Shown here piece by piece: positions 26,946-36,622 of a stretch of DNA of 64,000 nt. The stretch is from a virus. Each line of letters opens with the position of its first letter. The stretch's first letter is position 1. The notes under the pieces were generated by a model that worked only from the letters and a program-made list of their open reading frames with translations, had not been told where the DNA came from and searched no databases. The stretch is taken from IMG/VR virus record IMGVR_UViG_3300025942_000003, positions 3,213 to 67,212 of that record; one strand, given 5' to 3'. The position numbers were made by a program, and so were the translations under genes.

Positions 26946-27404
26946 CTAAAAACGGCACTTGTTCAATGTCTGGTAGTACCAAGCGTGAAGAAATCCAAGT
27001 TCTAGAAACGCGGCGTCCGTGCGCCACATTTGCCAAGCCCAAAGAGCCCTTCCGGTTCTCCCGTTTCCGTCCAAAAATGGATGCAGGGTTTCATATTGAA
27101 TATGAAAGTCCAACGGGTCTGCCACTTTAATACTTTCGAGAAGTCTCTTTAACCGCGCCTGGATGTGTGGCCCGCCTTTTGGCGGAACATGTGCTCCGAC
27201 GCGTACATTCATTGATTCTTTCTCACGCAAGATGCCTTCCCCGTTCGTCAACACAAGCGCCAGCGTGCTAAGGGTTTCGACGCTTGGCGCTTCGCTTTCC
27301 ACAAAAACTTTAGTGGCTACTATCTCGGTTTGCAGCGGCGGACGGAGTATGCCTTCAATGCGATTAGATTCAATCACAAAGCGTTCGTAATTTATCTCTC
27401 CCAC
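26946..27404 (-). CDS. Fic-domain protein (class II-like)
   Basis: HPFLDGNGRTGR catalytic motif; N-terminal SNRIEG inhibitory-type motif. Confidence 0.9.
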   Translation of the reverse strand: MGEINYERFVIESNRIEGILRPPLQTEIVATKVFVESEAPSVETLSTLALVLTNGEGILREKESMNVRVGAHVPPKGGPHIQARLKRLLESIKVADPLDFHIQYETLHPFLDGNGRTGRALWAWQMWRTDAAFLELGFLHAWYYQTLNKCRF

Positions 27405-28048
27405 GGTGCTTTAGCCTCCCGCTTTTGCGACTCAAATAATGCTCCCGCACTTAATCCCATTCTGATTTTTCTACCTGCCTCAGCTATCAGAAGTGCATCT
27501 GCGATCTTGTGTGTGACTTGAACTGTCGGAAATAGTTGTTGAGCCTTGGCCTTTGAGATGTTCTTGTTTCCCCGTGTCATGCAGCCCAGAAGTTTCTGCC
27601 ATGCTTGCGGGCGAATGTCTTCAATCGGAATGCCGATAGAGATAAGACAGCCACGTAGAAAGCCGTAGCCTTGCATGAACTTGGCCGTACTGACTATTCC
27701 CGCATTAACCTCTTCGCGTTTCTCTCCGTCTGGACCTTTCACTCTTCTGATTGCGGGCATCACCTGGACCCGCTCTAAGAACGCAATTATTTCAACGTCT
27801 TCTTTTTGGGCTTCTTGCATCATGGACCATAAGTAATCTACGATCCCCTTTTCAGTTACAGGCATTGGCTGCGCAGAAGGATACCAACGCCCACAGTCTT
27901 GTTTTAGTCGCGCCAACCCTCCAGACATACCAGGATCGATACCTAAGATAATCAGAGAGGCATTCTGCGCTAAAGACGTGCTATTTAGCAGTGCTTCTCT
28001 TTTTGCTTTGTAGTTAGCGAGCCATTGCTCGTCATATCGATGGCTCAT
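27392..28048 (-). CDS. RuvC-like Holliday junction resolvase
   Basis: ILGIDPGMSGGLA, AFLERV, IRPQAWQK, ADALLIAE. Confidence 0.8.
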   Translation of the reverse strand: MSHRYDEQWLANYKAKREALLNSTSLAQNASLIILGIDPGMSGGLARLKQDCGRWYPSAQPMPVTEKGIVDYLWSMMQEAQKEDVEIIAFLERVQVMPAIRRVKGPDGEKREEVNAGIVSTAKFMQGYGFLRGCLISIGIPIEDIRPQAWQKLLGCMTRGNKNISKAKAQQLFPTVQVTHKIADALLIAEAGRKIRMGLSAGALFESQKREAKAPWER

Positions 28049-29406
28049 GTTTCTATGCTCATGTAAGCTTCGATAAATGCTTGCGCTTGCGGCGCACAGA
28101 GCGCGTTACCGTATCCGCGCAGTTTGCCCATGCGTCCGGAAGCCCCTGTAACCAGCGGGAATAGTCCGGTGCCAATTGGCCTGTACTTCCCATCTCTGCC
28201 GTACCACCAGTCGCAGTCGTTCCAGTAGCCGCGTGTTGCGCCTGCCTCGGCAACTGATCGAGCCGTGATTGGATCGAGCCATCCGGGTCCACGCCACTCT
28301 CGTATAATTTCGCCTCGTGGCATAGTTGTTTCTGACCGCTGCCCTTCCGAGTACCGCCCTTCGCATCCACCGTGTTCGGTGTTGAAACCGTTGCTAGTCC
28401 CACGATCTTCCGCGCGTAGTCCGTGCTGCCCGCTTCGTTGTAGCCCTTCTGTGCTGGCGTCCCCGCCATCGGAGTTGGAACCGTTGAAAGAAACACTTGA
28501 TCCTCTAAGCGGCTTTTGTGATTCATGGCTCGGGCTGGATTGCCCGTTGAGTGCCCCGCCTCTGTTGATCTCGGCGTTGCCACGGTCGCAAGCATTGCTA
28601 GATCGTTGTTCCGTCTTCCGTGATGGAGTTCCTTCCTGTTCAAGTGACGCTTCGCCTGACCGCTGTGATAATCCGAATGTTGCGGCGTGTTCACATGAGC
28701 CAAACTCGCCGCGCCCGGCAAACGATCCGTTCCCTTTGATGGCCCGCCTTTTGGTCCGTCCTGCTGACAGGGTGTTGGCACAGTCGATAGCAATGCCGCC
28801 GTGCCCAACTTGTAAGACCCTACGCCCTTCATCTTGCCTGCTCGTCGATGGATCGCGTTTCTGGCGTCCTTCACTTCCGGCGCTTCGTTCTGCTCTTGCG
28901 CGTTCGGAGTCGGCAACGAAGTAAATTCGCTGTCTGATGTGCGGAGCGCCAACGCCCGCAGCGCAGGTATCGATCGCCCCGATGGAGTAACCCTGGTTTT
29001 CCAGGTCAGCCGAAACAACGTCGAGCCAAGCAAGTCCGTCTTTTGACGAAACCTGTTCGCCAAAGATTGTGTAAGGCGCGCACTCTCCAATGAGCCTGAA
29101 CCATGCAGGCCATAGGTGACGCTTATCTGAGAAGCCTCCCCTTTGCCCGCTTGCACTGAAACCTTGGCAGGGGCAGGAGCCTGTCCACACGGGAGTATCA
29201 TCTGACCATCCAGCGTTTCTAAGTGCGTAGCTCCAGATTCCAATGCCGGCGAAGAAATGGCATTGCGTAAATCCTCGGAGATCGTCTGGGTTAACTTCTT
29301 CAATGCTTCGCTCATCAACTTCGCCCGGTGCTATCAGATTTTCTTTAATCAACTCTCGAAGCCATGCTGCCGCAAACGGATCGTTTTCATTGTAATACGC
29401 GCTCAT
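28045..29406 (-). CDS. C5 DNA cytosine methyltransferase, alpha-type polypeptide (motifs I-VIII and X)
   Basis: FFAGIG, GSCPCQGFS, FGEQV, GAPHIRQRIYFVA, low-complexity middle, KLRGYGNA. Confidence 0.88.
   Translation of the reverse strand: MSAYYNENDPFAAAWLRELIKENLIAPGEVDERSIEEVNPDDLRGFTQCHFFAGIGIWSYALRNAGWSDDTPVWTGSCPCQGFSASGQRGGFSDKRHLWPAWFRLIGECAPYTIFGEQVSSKDGLAWLDVVSADLENQGYSIGAIDTCAAGVGAPHIRQRIYFVADSERARAERSAGSEGRQKRDPSTSRQDEGRRVLQVGHGGIAIDCANTLSAGRTKRRAIKGNGSFAGRGEFGSCEHAATFGLSQRSGEASLEQEGTPSRKTEQRSSNACDRGNAEINRGGALNGQSSPSHESQKPLRGSSVSFNGSNSDGGDASTEGLQRSGQHGLRAEDRGTSNGFNTEHGGCEGRYSEGQRSETTMPRGEIIREWRGPGWLDPITARSVAEAGATRGYWNDCDWWYGRDGKYRPIGTGLFPLVTGASGRMGKLRGYGNALCAPQAQAFIEAYMSIET
28059..29318 (-). 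CDS. Nested alternative-frame polypeptide with ~6 TP-led repeats and motif IX (C5-MTase beta-type subunit)
   Basis: Open for 419 codons within the MTase gene; repeats LPTP/VPTP/VNTP/VATP/VPTP/VSTP; GQLAPDYSRWLQGLPDAW. Start uncertain. Confidence 0.75.
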   Translation of the reverse strand: MMSEALKKLTQTISEDLRNAISSPALESGATHLETLDGQMILPCGQAPAPAKVSVQAGKGEASQISVTYGLHGSGSLESARLTQSLANRFRQKTDLLGSTLFRLTWKTRVTPSGRSIPALRALALRTSDSEFTSLPTPNAQEQNEAPEVKDARNAIHRRAGKMKGVGSYKLGTAALLSTVPTPCQQDGPKGGPSKGTDRLPGAASLAHVNTPQHSDYHSGQAKRHLNRKELHHGRRNNDLAMLATVATPRSTEAGHSTGNPARAMNHKSRLEDQVFLSTVPTPMAGTPAQKGYNEAGSTDYARKIVGLATVSTPNTVDAKGGTRKGSGQKQLCHEAKLYESGVDPDGSIQSRLDQLPRQAQHAATGTTATGGTAEMGSTGQLAPDYSRWLQGLPDAWANCADTVTRSVRRKRKHLSKLT

Positions 29407-29609
29407 CGCGTTAGGTCCGCATATCCAAACTGCACAACGAACTGTGCAGGCCACATCATTTCACAACGCTGACATGAGTATGTGGGAGAGCCTCAATCAT
29501 CGTACTTAAACTGATCGCCGCACTTCTGACAATGCCACTGTTCGGGTGGTATTGAGTCTATAAAATGCTGGTACGCGGGCTCGCTTGCCCCTCTGTAGCT
29601 GAAAGCCAT
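29403..29609 (-). pseudogene. Zn-finger gene interrupted by an in-frame TGA (29493-29495)
   Basis: ...WHCQKCGDQFKYDD*GSPTYSCQRCEM...; the distal part ends in an ATGA overlap with the MTase start. Confidence 0.45.
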
Positions 29610-29665
29610 ATCGCCTCTCTTTTCATCCTGTTCTCTAAAGCCCTTTGCCGACCGCCCTCTAGCGT

Positions 29666-29854
29666 TTAACGGTCGGCCTCAGGCTCCGCACTCCCACACT
29701 CAATGTTTGCGATAGATCGTTCGCGCCATTTCTCTGTCTTCTCTGCGTAGCGTTCGGATACCAGCCGCATCATTTCATCTAGCGCGTTTAGAGTTTCCGC
29801 AGAGACATTCTCCTAAACATTTGCTTCGGCGCCACATGGTAGTACTACTCTCAA
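29666..29854 (-). pseudogene. Small gene interrupted by an in-frame TAG (29813-29815)
   Basis: TTGA overlap start; LRVVLPCGAEANV*ENVSAETLNALDEMMRL... Confidence 0.35.
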
Positions 29855-30252
29855 GGTTGCGCCTTCCGTTGGTTAATCGTTTCGTTAACGATGGCTTTCA
29901 TTTTCTCTGGAGGCCAAACTTCAATAATGTCGTGTCCGAAGTTGCAGATCAGAATTACGTGATAGAGATCCGCTTCGCTTAGTTTGCGTCTTTTGGCGTT
30001 GTGAGCAAATCCTAAATAGTTATCAACCCCGCAGTCGTGTTTTAGTTTTCCCTGGAGTTCGCATGTCGTAATTCCTACCGCTTCAAATCTGCGCTTGATG
30101 ATCGTCCGCGCACTGTTCCACTGCTTTGTTTTCTTCCCCGGTCCTACACGCTTCGTGCAGCGCTTCGTCTGCTTCGTGCCACGCTGGATCGCTTTGCGGG
30201 ACATGGGCTTGAACTTTCCTCGAGCTTCGGAGTAGGCCTTAGCGAAACTCAT
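29851..30252 (-). CDS. Basic protein with Zn/HNH-like motif (NinG/Ref-like)
   Basis: TCEL...C...GFAH...ILICNFGH. Confidence 0.5.
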   Translation of the reverse strand: MSFAKAYSEARGKFKPMSRKAIQRGTKQTKRCTKRVGPGKKTKQWNSARTIIKRRFEAVGITTCELQGKLKHDCGVDNYLGFAHNAKRRKLSEADLYHVILICNFGHDIIEVWPPEKMKAIVNETINQRKAQP

Positions 30253-32540
30253 ACGGCGTCTGCGAATAGTCCTTCCTGAGTTTTCTCTGCGGCTCTAAGA
30301 TTTGCACATGCTTGTTTGAAGTAAGATTCTTTTAGCTCGATTCCGATGAAGTTACGGAGGCGTTGAACGGCCACGTAGCCCTCGCTACCGATGCCCGCGA
30401 ACGGACTCAATACCATATCGTGTGGGTTGGTCCATAATTGGATTGCTCGCTCAATTACATCTAACTGTAAAGGGCAGATGTGGCGTTCGTCTCTATCCTC
30501 TCGTGCTGATTCCCTTTGCAGTGTGCGTGACGGATTTATGTCCATCCAAACAGGCGAAGCGTAGCGTTGCCAAATATTGATTGAGTTACGCATGTCGTTC
30601 GATGGTCGTGGTAGTTCTGGATTCCAGTTTGCATTATCAAAGGATGGGTCATCACCAACATATGTAGTCAGTGGTCCTTTGACCCGTTCGGGGTTATCGC
30701 CTGACTTTCGCATGGTGACGAGGTAGTCAGGAATTCCCTGCCGACTCATGCATGAGTCTTTGAGTAATTGCTTGTGGAGTAGACCTAACGCCTTGGTCCT
30801 CTGCATTGCTGTGACTGGATCTTTCCAGATTACTACCTCTGAGTGGTAGATAAAGCCCGCCTCGCTAAACATTCGGATTAACTCGCCGCGGAAATCCGTA
30901 AGACCGATCACACCATCGCGTTCTTTTGAAGTCGGGAGATTCATGCAATGGAAACTCAGCAATCGCCCTGGCATCAACACGCGATGGAGTTCAACGATTA
31001 GATATTGGAAGTGCTCATAGAATTCTGTATGAGTGCGAGCGTTGCCCATGTCTCTCTCGCTTGCTGAATATGTATAGAGCGACGCGAATGGGGGCGAAAA
31101 GATTGAGTAATGGATTGAATTATCAGGAGTCGTTTTCGATAACTCCACGCAATCCCCAAGCTTCATGATCCAACCTTGGCCGCTCTCTGTGCGCGTTTGA
31201 TAGGACTCCGCAGTTCTAACAGTTTGTTTATGGATTGCTTCTGTGTTGTATACGCTCATGTGCTTAACCATTTCTGCCGCCATTCGTGCAGCATCCGCTT
31301 CTTTGCGTTGAATGTTCTTAACTACTGCGCCTTCTGCTTCTGAGGTTATTACATGACAGTGAACGGGCTTCTTTTGTCCAAAGCGCCATACGCGCCGGAT
31401 CGCCTGATACCACTTCTCCCAACTATCAGACAGCCCGACAAATGCGGTGTTCGGACAGTGTTGCCAGTTCATGCCGTAGCCCGCGATCGATGGCTTAGTG
31501 ACGAGTACGCGGAATTGACCATCAGCAAATCCGAGCATTCGAGATTCTTTCGCTTCATCAGTATCGGCACCTACTACTTGAACCGCGTCAGGGATTGCTC
31601 TCGTCAGCGCATCGCCTTCTGCGTTAAGGTCACACCACACCAGCCAAGGTTCCGTGCTTTGATTAACCATGTCTGCGGTGACTTGTACGCGCTCGTCTAA
31701 ACTCACACGCCGAGCGGATCGTCTCTCTTCAAGTGTTTGCGCTTCTACTTGAAACAGAAACCCATCAAGCGGTCTATTCGATGAAACTACATGTGAGTGA
31801 TAAGTCAGTGGGGGTAACTCAAACCCCTCGTCAGGGTATCCGAGATCTGATGGCTTCCGAATCATCACGGCCCATTGACAAATCCACTTCCAGTATTCCT
31901 CTTCGGCGTGCCCCTTGAGTCTCCACTTCGACGTATCACCGCCATCGTGAACAAAGAACGTAGATAGCATTTCCGTCCGCGTTAGCACACCCAGAAACTC
32001 CGAATGGTTTCCTAACTCCATGAAGTCGTTCGGCGCCGGTGTAGCCGTGCAGCACAACTTCATCGGCGCCTCTCTAAAGCGTTCTATTAGCGCGTTTCTC
32101 GTTGCGCCGGTGAATGATTTGAGGATCGAACTCTCATCGGGAACTACTCCGCCAAAACGTGATGGATCAAATCGGTCAAGCTTCTCGTAGTTCGTCACAA
32201 AGATGCCGTTCTTCCGAATGTCGATGTCGGAATTAGCGACAGAGACTTTTATTCCGAACTTCTTTCCCTCGCGCTCGGTCTGTCTAGAAACCGCCAAGGG
32301 TGCTAGGATCAATACTGGCTTGTTGAGTTTAGCGGTAACAGCTTCCGCCCAGGCTAACTGCATCGGAGTTTTCCCAAGTCCACAATCAGCAAAGATCGCC
32401 GAGCGTCCGCGCTCAATGGACCACCGATCAATGTCTCTCTGAAACTCGAAGAGAGATCCGTTTAGATTGGTCGCTCTGAAGCCGGACGGATGGACCGTGA
32501 CGCGCTTGCTATTCAGGAAATCAGCGTATGTAGTTGTCAT
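30249..32540 (-). CDS. SNF2-like helicase fused to an N4/N6 DNA methyltransferase
   Basis: CGLGKT, DESS, TATP, QAIRRVWRFGQ; then SPPF, HICPLQLDVIER, SPFAGIGSEG. Confidence 0.9.
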   Translation of the reverse strand: MTTTYADFLNSKRVTVHPSGFRATNLNGSLFEFQRDIDRWSIERGRSAIFADCGLGKTPMQLAWAEAVTAKLNKPVLILAPLAVSRQTEREGKKFGIKVSVANSDIDIRKNGIFVTNYEKLDRFDPSRFGGVVPDESSILKSFTGATRNALIERFREAPMKLCCTATPAPNDFMELGNHSEFLGVLTRTEMLSTFFVHDGGDTSKWRLKGHAEEEYWKWICQWAVMIRKPSDLGYPDEGFELPPLTYHSHVVSSNRPLDGFLFQVEAQTLEERRSARRVSLDERVQVTADMVNQSTEPWLVWCDLNAEGDALTRAIPDAVQVVGADTDEAKESRMLGFADGQFRVLVTKPSIAGYGMNWQHCPNTAFVGLSDSWEKWYQAIRRVWRFGQKKPVHCHVITSEAEGAVVKNIQRKEADAARMAAEMVKHMSVYNTEAIHKQTVRTAESYQTRTESGQGWIMKLGDCVELSKTTPDNSIHYSIFSPPFASLYTYSASERDMGNARTHTEFYEHFQYLIVELHRVLMPGRLLSFHCMNLPTSKERDGVIGLTDFRGELIRMFSEAGFIYHSEVVIWKDPVTAMQRTKALGLLHKQLLKDSCMSRQGIPDYLVTMRKSGDNPERVKGPLTTYVGDDPSFDNANWNPELPRPSNDMRNSINIWQRYASPVWMDINPSRTLQRESAREDRDERHICPLQLDVIERAIQLWTNPHDMVLSPFAGIGSEGYVAVQRLRNFIGIELKESYFKQACANLRAAEKTQEGLFADAV

Positions 32541-33322
32541 AGGTTTTCTTCGGCCACTTGATCAACCAGTCGCCGCACTGTGAGCACAACTCAACATAGC
32601 AATTAAATTCTACGGTTGTTGTTGAAATCTTTGTCGGTTTCTTTGCGTTACAAGTGGTGCAGAAACGGGTCTTTCCCGTTGGCTGAAACCTGAGAGTTTT
32701 ATCGCTCATCCGCGCATTCCCTTCTTAATCAGTTGAAGTGCCGTTACTGCTCCAAGATAGGACCACGAATAACAAGCGAACTCATTTCCGTAATAGATGG
32801 CCCAACTTAAGGGAGTTTGTCCTGTGTTATCTGGAAACCATTGCGGGACTATACGTAGTCGTTTGCGTTTCATAGTTAGAAGCTTGGGATTTGGTCTATT
32901 GCTATCATTTCCATTCTCTTATTTTGGCAGCACTTGGGCCACGTTAAGTCGACAATCATCACTGCGGTATCTTCAAGGCTGAATTCTTGAACTGAGTTGC
33001 ACTCAAAACAGACGGCAGCGAGCATTCCCTCTGGAAAGCCCTTCTCTAGGATCTTCATTACGTTAGCTACACGTTGATCCCCTTCATCCGGATCTTTAGG
33101 TGGCGCTCCTAGTGCTATTGATTGGATGGATTCCATCGATCGAGCTTTCTTTACTTATCCGCTGGTACGGGCGTACTCATGATGAATGATTTAACCGCGC
33201 TCGTACATTGCCCGCACAAATCGAATTTCGTTTCGTCGGTCTTACCCTGAAACTCGGGAAGTGTTATCGTGATTACTGACCAGTCCACACTGTTGAAGTA
33301 ATCAACCTGCTTAGAACATCGG

Positions 33323-33934
33323 TCACAAACCCGCACGTTCCTTGTTGCCGTTTTCTCTCTCACCTTTCTTTGCGATCAGTTGTGCAATCACCGGCTGTCC
33401 TTGGTTTAATTGTTTCAGTTCTCGCGCAGAGGGCAGCAACCGTTCATTTGCTTCTTTTCTTGCTACAAGTTGATCATAGATCTTCATGAAGTGTGCGCGG
33501 TCTGCTACCGCATTGTCGGACTCAAATAAAGTAGACCAGCCGCCAATTGCCTCCACTGTTTCCACAATAAAGGGATGCTCAATCGGTGGTCTAGGTCGCG
33601 GAGGATATGACTCGTATGGTCCGTATCGCTTCATTCGCTGAACCACCACGCCCCACGCTTCGCCGGCTGAAAGTACATCCCTCGGCGCGGTCAGAAGCCT
33701 CCACTTTTCTCTGATCTCCGCAACGCTAGGAAAAAACTTTAATTCAGACCCGCACTGGTCCAACGCCACCATTAACTCCGACACTGAAATATCACAAAGC
33801 TTGACTGCGTACGCCTTGCAGTTCTCCGTGCTGACTTCTTCGCGTGGATACATCGTGGCGAGCGCTCCGATCATCTCGCTAATTTGCGCTTTTGCTTCAC
33901 TGCTATTGGGTTCGGGATCGCTAGTCATGCTCAC
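33323..33934 (-). CDS. Replicative helicase loader/inhibitor-like protein (G39P-like)
   Basis: KFFPSVAEIR, SAGEAWGVV, VEAIGGW, ADRAHFMKIY. Confidence 0.7.
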   Translation of the reverse strand: MSMTSDPEPNSSEAKAQISEMIGALATMYPREEVSTENCKAYAVKLCDISVSELMVALDQCGSELKFFPSVAEIREKWRLLTAPRDVLSAGEAWGVVVQRMKRYGPYESYPPRPRPPIEHPFIVETVEAIGGWSTLFESDNAVADRAHFMKIYDQLVARKEANERLLPSARELKQLNQGQPVIAQLIAKKGERENGNKERAGL

Positions 33935-34134
33935 TTTTTAGTAAACCCCCGCTTTCTGACTGGGGTGCGCGGCATAGCCATCTCTACGTGGGTAGGATAT
34001 ATCCGTGCTTCTACGCAGTTTCTTTGTAACAATTCAAGGGCTTGGACATACAAGCCCACGTCGGCAAGTTTGCGCGCCTTCTCTGCGATAACTGACGGTG
34101 CCAACGTGTAGGTTTCACAGTCCATATTGAGAAG

Positions 34135-34704
34135 TCAGGATCGGCCCTCATTTCTATAATATGCCGCCGCTTCTTTTGCTGCGTCTATGCTGCGATCTGC
34201 TCTCGTGGTGGTGCTTCTTTTCCCTCGTGCCATCCATTGACCTATCTCGCTTTTGACAGTCAACCACCCACGAAAACGATCTCTCCAAATTTCTCCGTTG
34301 AGCGCCTCGTAGCACTCTTTGAGTATTTCAACAGCGTAGCGATCAACCAGATACTTGAGCACTGCCGCCTGTGCTCCAGCGTCGCCGATCGGCCCCTTAA
34401 TGTGATCGTGATGAAACTTCATCAACTCACGGTGGGCACCGCCGTTTCCGTTTGATTCTGGAGGCGTAATCTGTTGTGCTGAGATGCGCCCGGTCTTTAA
34501 CTTTGCAATATAGCCGTTTGAGAAGTTCAGCCCTTTGCGCATGGCCTCATCATTTACTAATTCTACTTCTGCCATGATGCGGTAGATCTTCTTGTCGCGC
34601 TTTGGGCCGTGCTCTTGGGCCATTGTTTTCTTTAGAGCGTTCAAAGCCTTCTGCAAAGTAGTTGCCAGTATTTGTAAGGATGCGCGTTCAGGGGATTCGC
34701 CCAT
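34135..34704 (-). CDS. Hypothetical replication-module protein
   Basis: Upstream of the loader; C-terminal helical domain reminiscent of replication protein C-termini; no N-terminal wHTH seen. Confidence 0.45.
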   Translation of the reverse strand: MGESPERASLQILATTLQKALNALKKTMAQEHGPKRDKKIYRIMAEVELVNDEAMRKGLNFSNGYIAKLKTGRISAQQITPPESNGNGGAHRELMKFHHDHIKGPIGDAGAQAAVLKYLVDRYAVEILKECYEALNGEIWRDRFRGWLTVKSEIGQWMARGKRSTTTRADRSIDAAKEAAAYYRNEGRS

Positions 34705-34769
34705 GTATCGTTAGTTTCTTTCGTTGCTGAGATAGGTAGAGCATAGACCTCCTTGATCGATGAGAGTAG

Positions 34770-35204
34770 TCAAGTAGCGCTGATTCGTGTTTCCTTGAAC
34801 TTATTTAGCATTGAGAAGTGGTGGTCGCGCTCAGGATCTTCCTCGTAAGCGTAATTGTCTTTTTCCAGTTCTATCCAGAATGAACGATCCTCATATGAAC
34901 GCATGAACGCCGCTTCATCGACGGACCATTCTGACCTTGGTTTCTCGTAAAGCGCCTTTGCCCTGTTGATCGCCCGATCCTTATCCCAATCGTGTCGTTG
35001 GCGATTATCTTCGGCCTTCTTTGCTGTCTGATATTGGCGTACGGCTTCATCAACGAGAATAGCGGCCTGCTTTCTCATCTCGTTTATCTGGTCCAAATCC
35101 ATTTCCTGATCGCTTGATAAAGCAACCTCAAAATGGCAATAGTCATATGAGCGCATCACTTTAACCGCTGCTTTCATCTTTTTCTCCTTCTTCATCGCAG
35201 ACAT
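34770..35204 (-). CDS. Hypothetical protein
   Basis: VKVMRSYDYCHFEV; 144 aa. Confidence 0.6.
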   Translation of the reverse strand: MSAMKKEKKMKAAVKVMRSYDYCHFEVALSSDQEMDLDQINEMRKQAAILVDEAVRQYQTAKKAEDNRQRHDWDKDRAINRAKALYEKPRSEWSVDEAAFMRSYEDRSFWIELEKDNYAYEEDPERDHHFSMLNKFKETRISAT

Positions 35205-35553
35205 GCGTACAGTATCTAATTAAGATCCGCCTTTGGTAGTTGTGCTCGTCTCTGTTGGTTCAACTCCACGGCCATGTAATGCAGAGCGCGTTTCATCAAG
35301 TGTCCCGGCGTTCCATTCACTTGCTCAATAAATTCCGCATCGCATCCCTCTTGCAGTACTCCGATAACACGGTCTTCGGACCATCCAGCCAAAAGCATAT
35401 TGCGCTGCATCTCGAATACCTGTTTAAGTTCAGGATGTGCTGAGCATAAAGCTTCATAAATTTCTTTGTCACTAAAGGCCGCGTAATGTTCAGGTGATCG
35501 GTTACTCATCGGCTAACTCGTGATGCTTGCTTGGATGTGGAGCACTATTGAAA

Positions 35554-35859
35554 TCAAAGTCCGCATCGATCTAACTCCGTAGGTCGCATAGCACGACGAC
35601 GGTGCGGGTTTGGTTGCGGATAACGGTTTTCCGTGCGAACGTATTGGACCGGAGGCGACGGACGAATTAACTCCTGTAACTGCCGCGTAAACATCTCGCC
35701 TGTGGGCTCATCAAGCTCTAAGGTCTGACCATTGTCAAACGTGACCGTGTAACAGACCCGCTCGTTCTCCGTCCTTTCCACATACAAAATGCGCTCGTTA
35801 TTCATGAGCATATTTCTAGTGCAGTCTCGCCAGTTCGTTGACGTGAAGATCTCATCCAC
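35554..35859 (-). CDS. Hypothetical protein directly downstream of the non-coding region
   Basis: SD GGGAG before GTG; MNNERILYVE...VTFDNGQTL. Confidence 0.55.
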   Translation of the reverse strand: MDEIFTSTNWRDCTRNMLMNNERILYVERTENERVCYTVTFDNGQTLELDEPTGEMFTRQLQELIRPSPPVQYVRTENRYPQPNPHRRRAMRPTELDRCGL

Positions 35860-36355
35860 CTTGTTAACTCCCTTCTTCTTGCTGCTCCGTTTGATTCGTT
35901 GTAAAGAATCTCAAATATCATGATAGACCGTGCTTCCTGCCTGAGATTGCGGAAATGTCAGTTTCGTGCGTTTTTGTCAAAATCTGTCAATTCCGACGTT
36001 TTTCAACTTTCGTTCGCGCGCGTAATTCCTCTCAGATCTTCTGATCTTTAAGACACCACGACTATTATCCCGTGAGAGATCTCTGGCGCTATTTGCAGGG
36101 CTGAATGTTTAGCCATAAGCGCGTTTTGCAGGTTGAGACTGGGCTTTAGTCGTTGGGGATTTCACCCAAAGCTATCTCTCAGTTGACCGGGTTGCCAAGT
36201 CGTCAGCCATTGCCCGGAATTCAGCCTTTAGTCCGTCACGTTCCCTCGTGACATTTCAACCACTGCCGCTCGTACAGTGCGCATTAGGCAACCTTGATTT
36301 TATTGCGGTGCTCAAGGTTTCAGAGGAACCGTTGTCTCAACCCAAAGCGAGGATG

Positions 36356-36364
36356 TGATATACT
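36356..36364 (+). promoter_or_regulatory. Candidate antisense promoter
   Basis: Extended -10 TGaTATACT, followed by hairpin 36423-36450 and TTGCTTTC. Confidence 0.4.
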
Positions 36365-36622
36365 GCCGACATCCTTAGCAAAGTGTAGCTTTTCGGTCGG
36401 GCAATAGCCCTGCTGAGCGTGGTTAGGGCGGGAATCAAATCTCGCCCTAATTGCTTTCAAAGCGGCCGTTTCTTTCCACGGCCAAGTCGCGTCTGTGCCC
36501 GACGTTCAGCTCGATGGCTATTCTCACCCAGGACAGCAGCCATCGATCTGCCGTAGTCCAAGAGGTCGCGGTCTGATCTCCGCGCTCACGCCGCTGCGAT
36601 ACTCTGCGAGGGGCGGATGAAA

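Noticed and set aside
29403-29854. Genome-wide stop-codon reassignment
   Set aside because: TAG, TGA and TAA all end well-defined genes (e.g. MCP ends in TAG; many ATGA overlaps), and the long genes are intact in code 11.
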